From positions 44,082,001 through 44,146,000 of the forward strand of contig OZ287748.1 of NCBI GenBank assembly GCA_965649765.1: DNA of 64,000 bases, written 5' to 3'. Positions 63,879 to 64,000 of this stretch are shown one piece after another (position 1 is the stretch's first letter; every line of letters starts with the position of its first letter). A model generated the notes under the pieces. It searched no databases. It saw nothing but the letters and a program-made list of their open reading frames with translations, and was not told the origin of the DNA. Made by a program: the position numbers and the translations under genes. The DNA comes from Bispira polyomma. Its lineage: Eukaryota.

Positions 63879-64000
63879 AAATAACTTTATGTTTAAACAA
63901 AACTTCTTTTTTTCTACCATGCCCTAAATGGGCTTCCGTATATATGTGAGTCTAGTAATGCCAACTATTATTCAGGACATAGTTTTCATTCCTTGTAAAA

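Overview
AT-rich, intron-containing animal DNA. The repeat content (Helentron/HINE-like ~170-bp arrays, tRNA-SINEs, Ngaro-like elements) resembles a bivalve mollusc, but I cannot fix the taxon. The ORF track hides the main content: a + strand tandem cluster of spliced type-I membrane receptors. Each has the plan signal peptide / divergent SUEL (Gal_Lectin, rhamnose-binding-lectin-like) domain / C-x-D-W linker / Ser-Thr stalk / TM / long acidic Tyr-motif tail. I rebuilt the exons by hand from splice sites and phases and name the units 0, A, B, D, C in order. Unit C (50894-55479) is a complete 6-exon, 369-aa gene. Unit B (19448-25829) is intact but has no leader of its own and most simply uses the leader at 2481/2490-2547 (578 aa from ATG 2490). 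Unit A (8786-10503) is an ectodomain+TM cassette with damaged linker and stalk exons and no evident tail. Unit D (41997-43533) is a TM+tail cassette with no lectin exon. Unit 0 (710-1046) is a decayed tail. All units share the same intron phases, so the cassettes are splice-compatible. Between them lie decayed transposons: Ngaro/DIRS-type tyrosine-recombinase retroelements, CR1/L2 and L1/Tx1 LINEs, Gypsy remnants, Harbinger elements and MITEs, a Kolobok-like MITE, HINE arrays and SINEs. Best candidate for a new system: a rapidly diversifying, cassette-shuffling SUEL-lectin immunoreceptor-like family. Function is inferred from architecture only.
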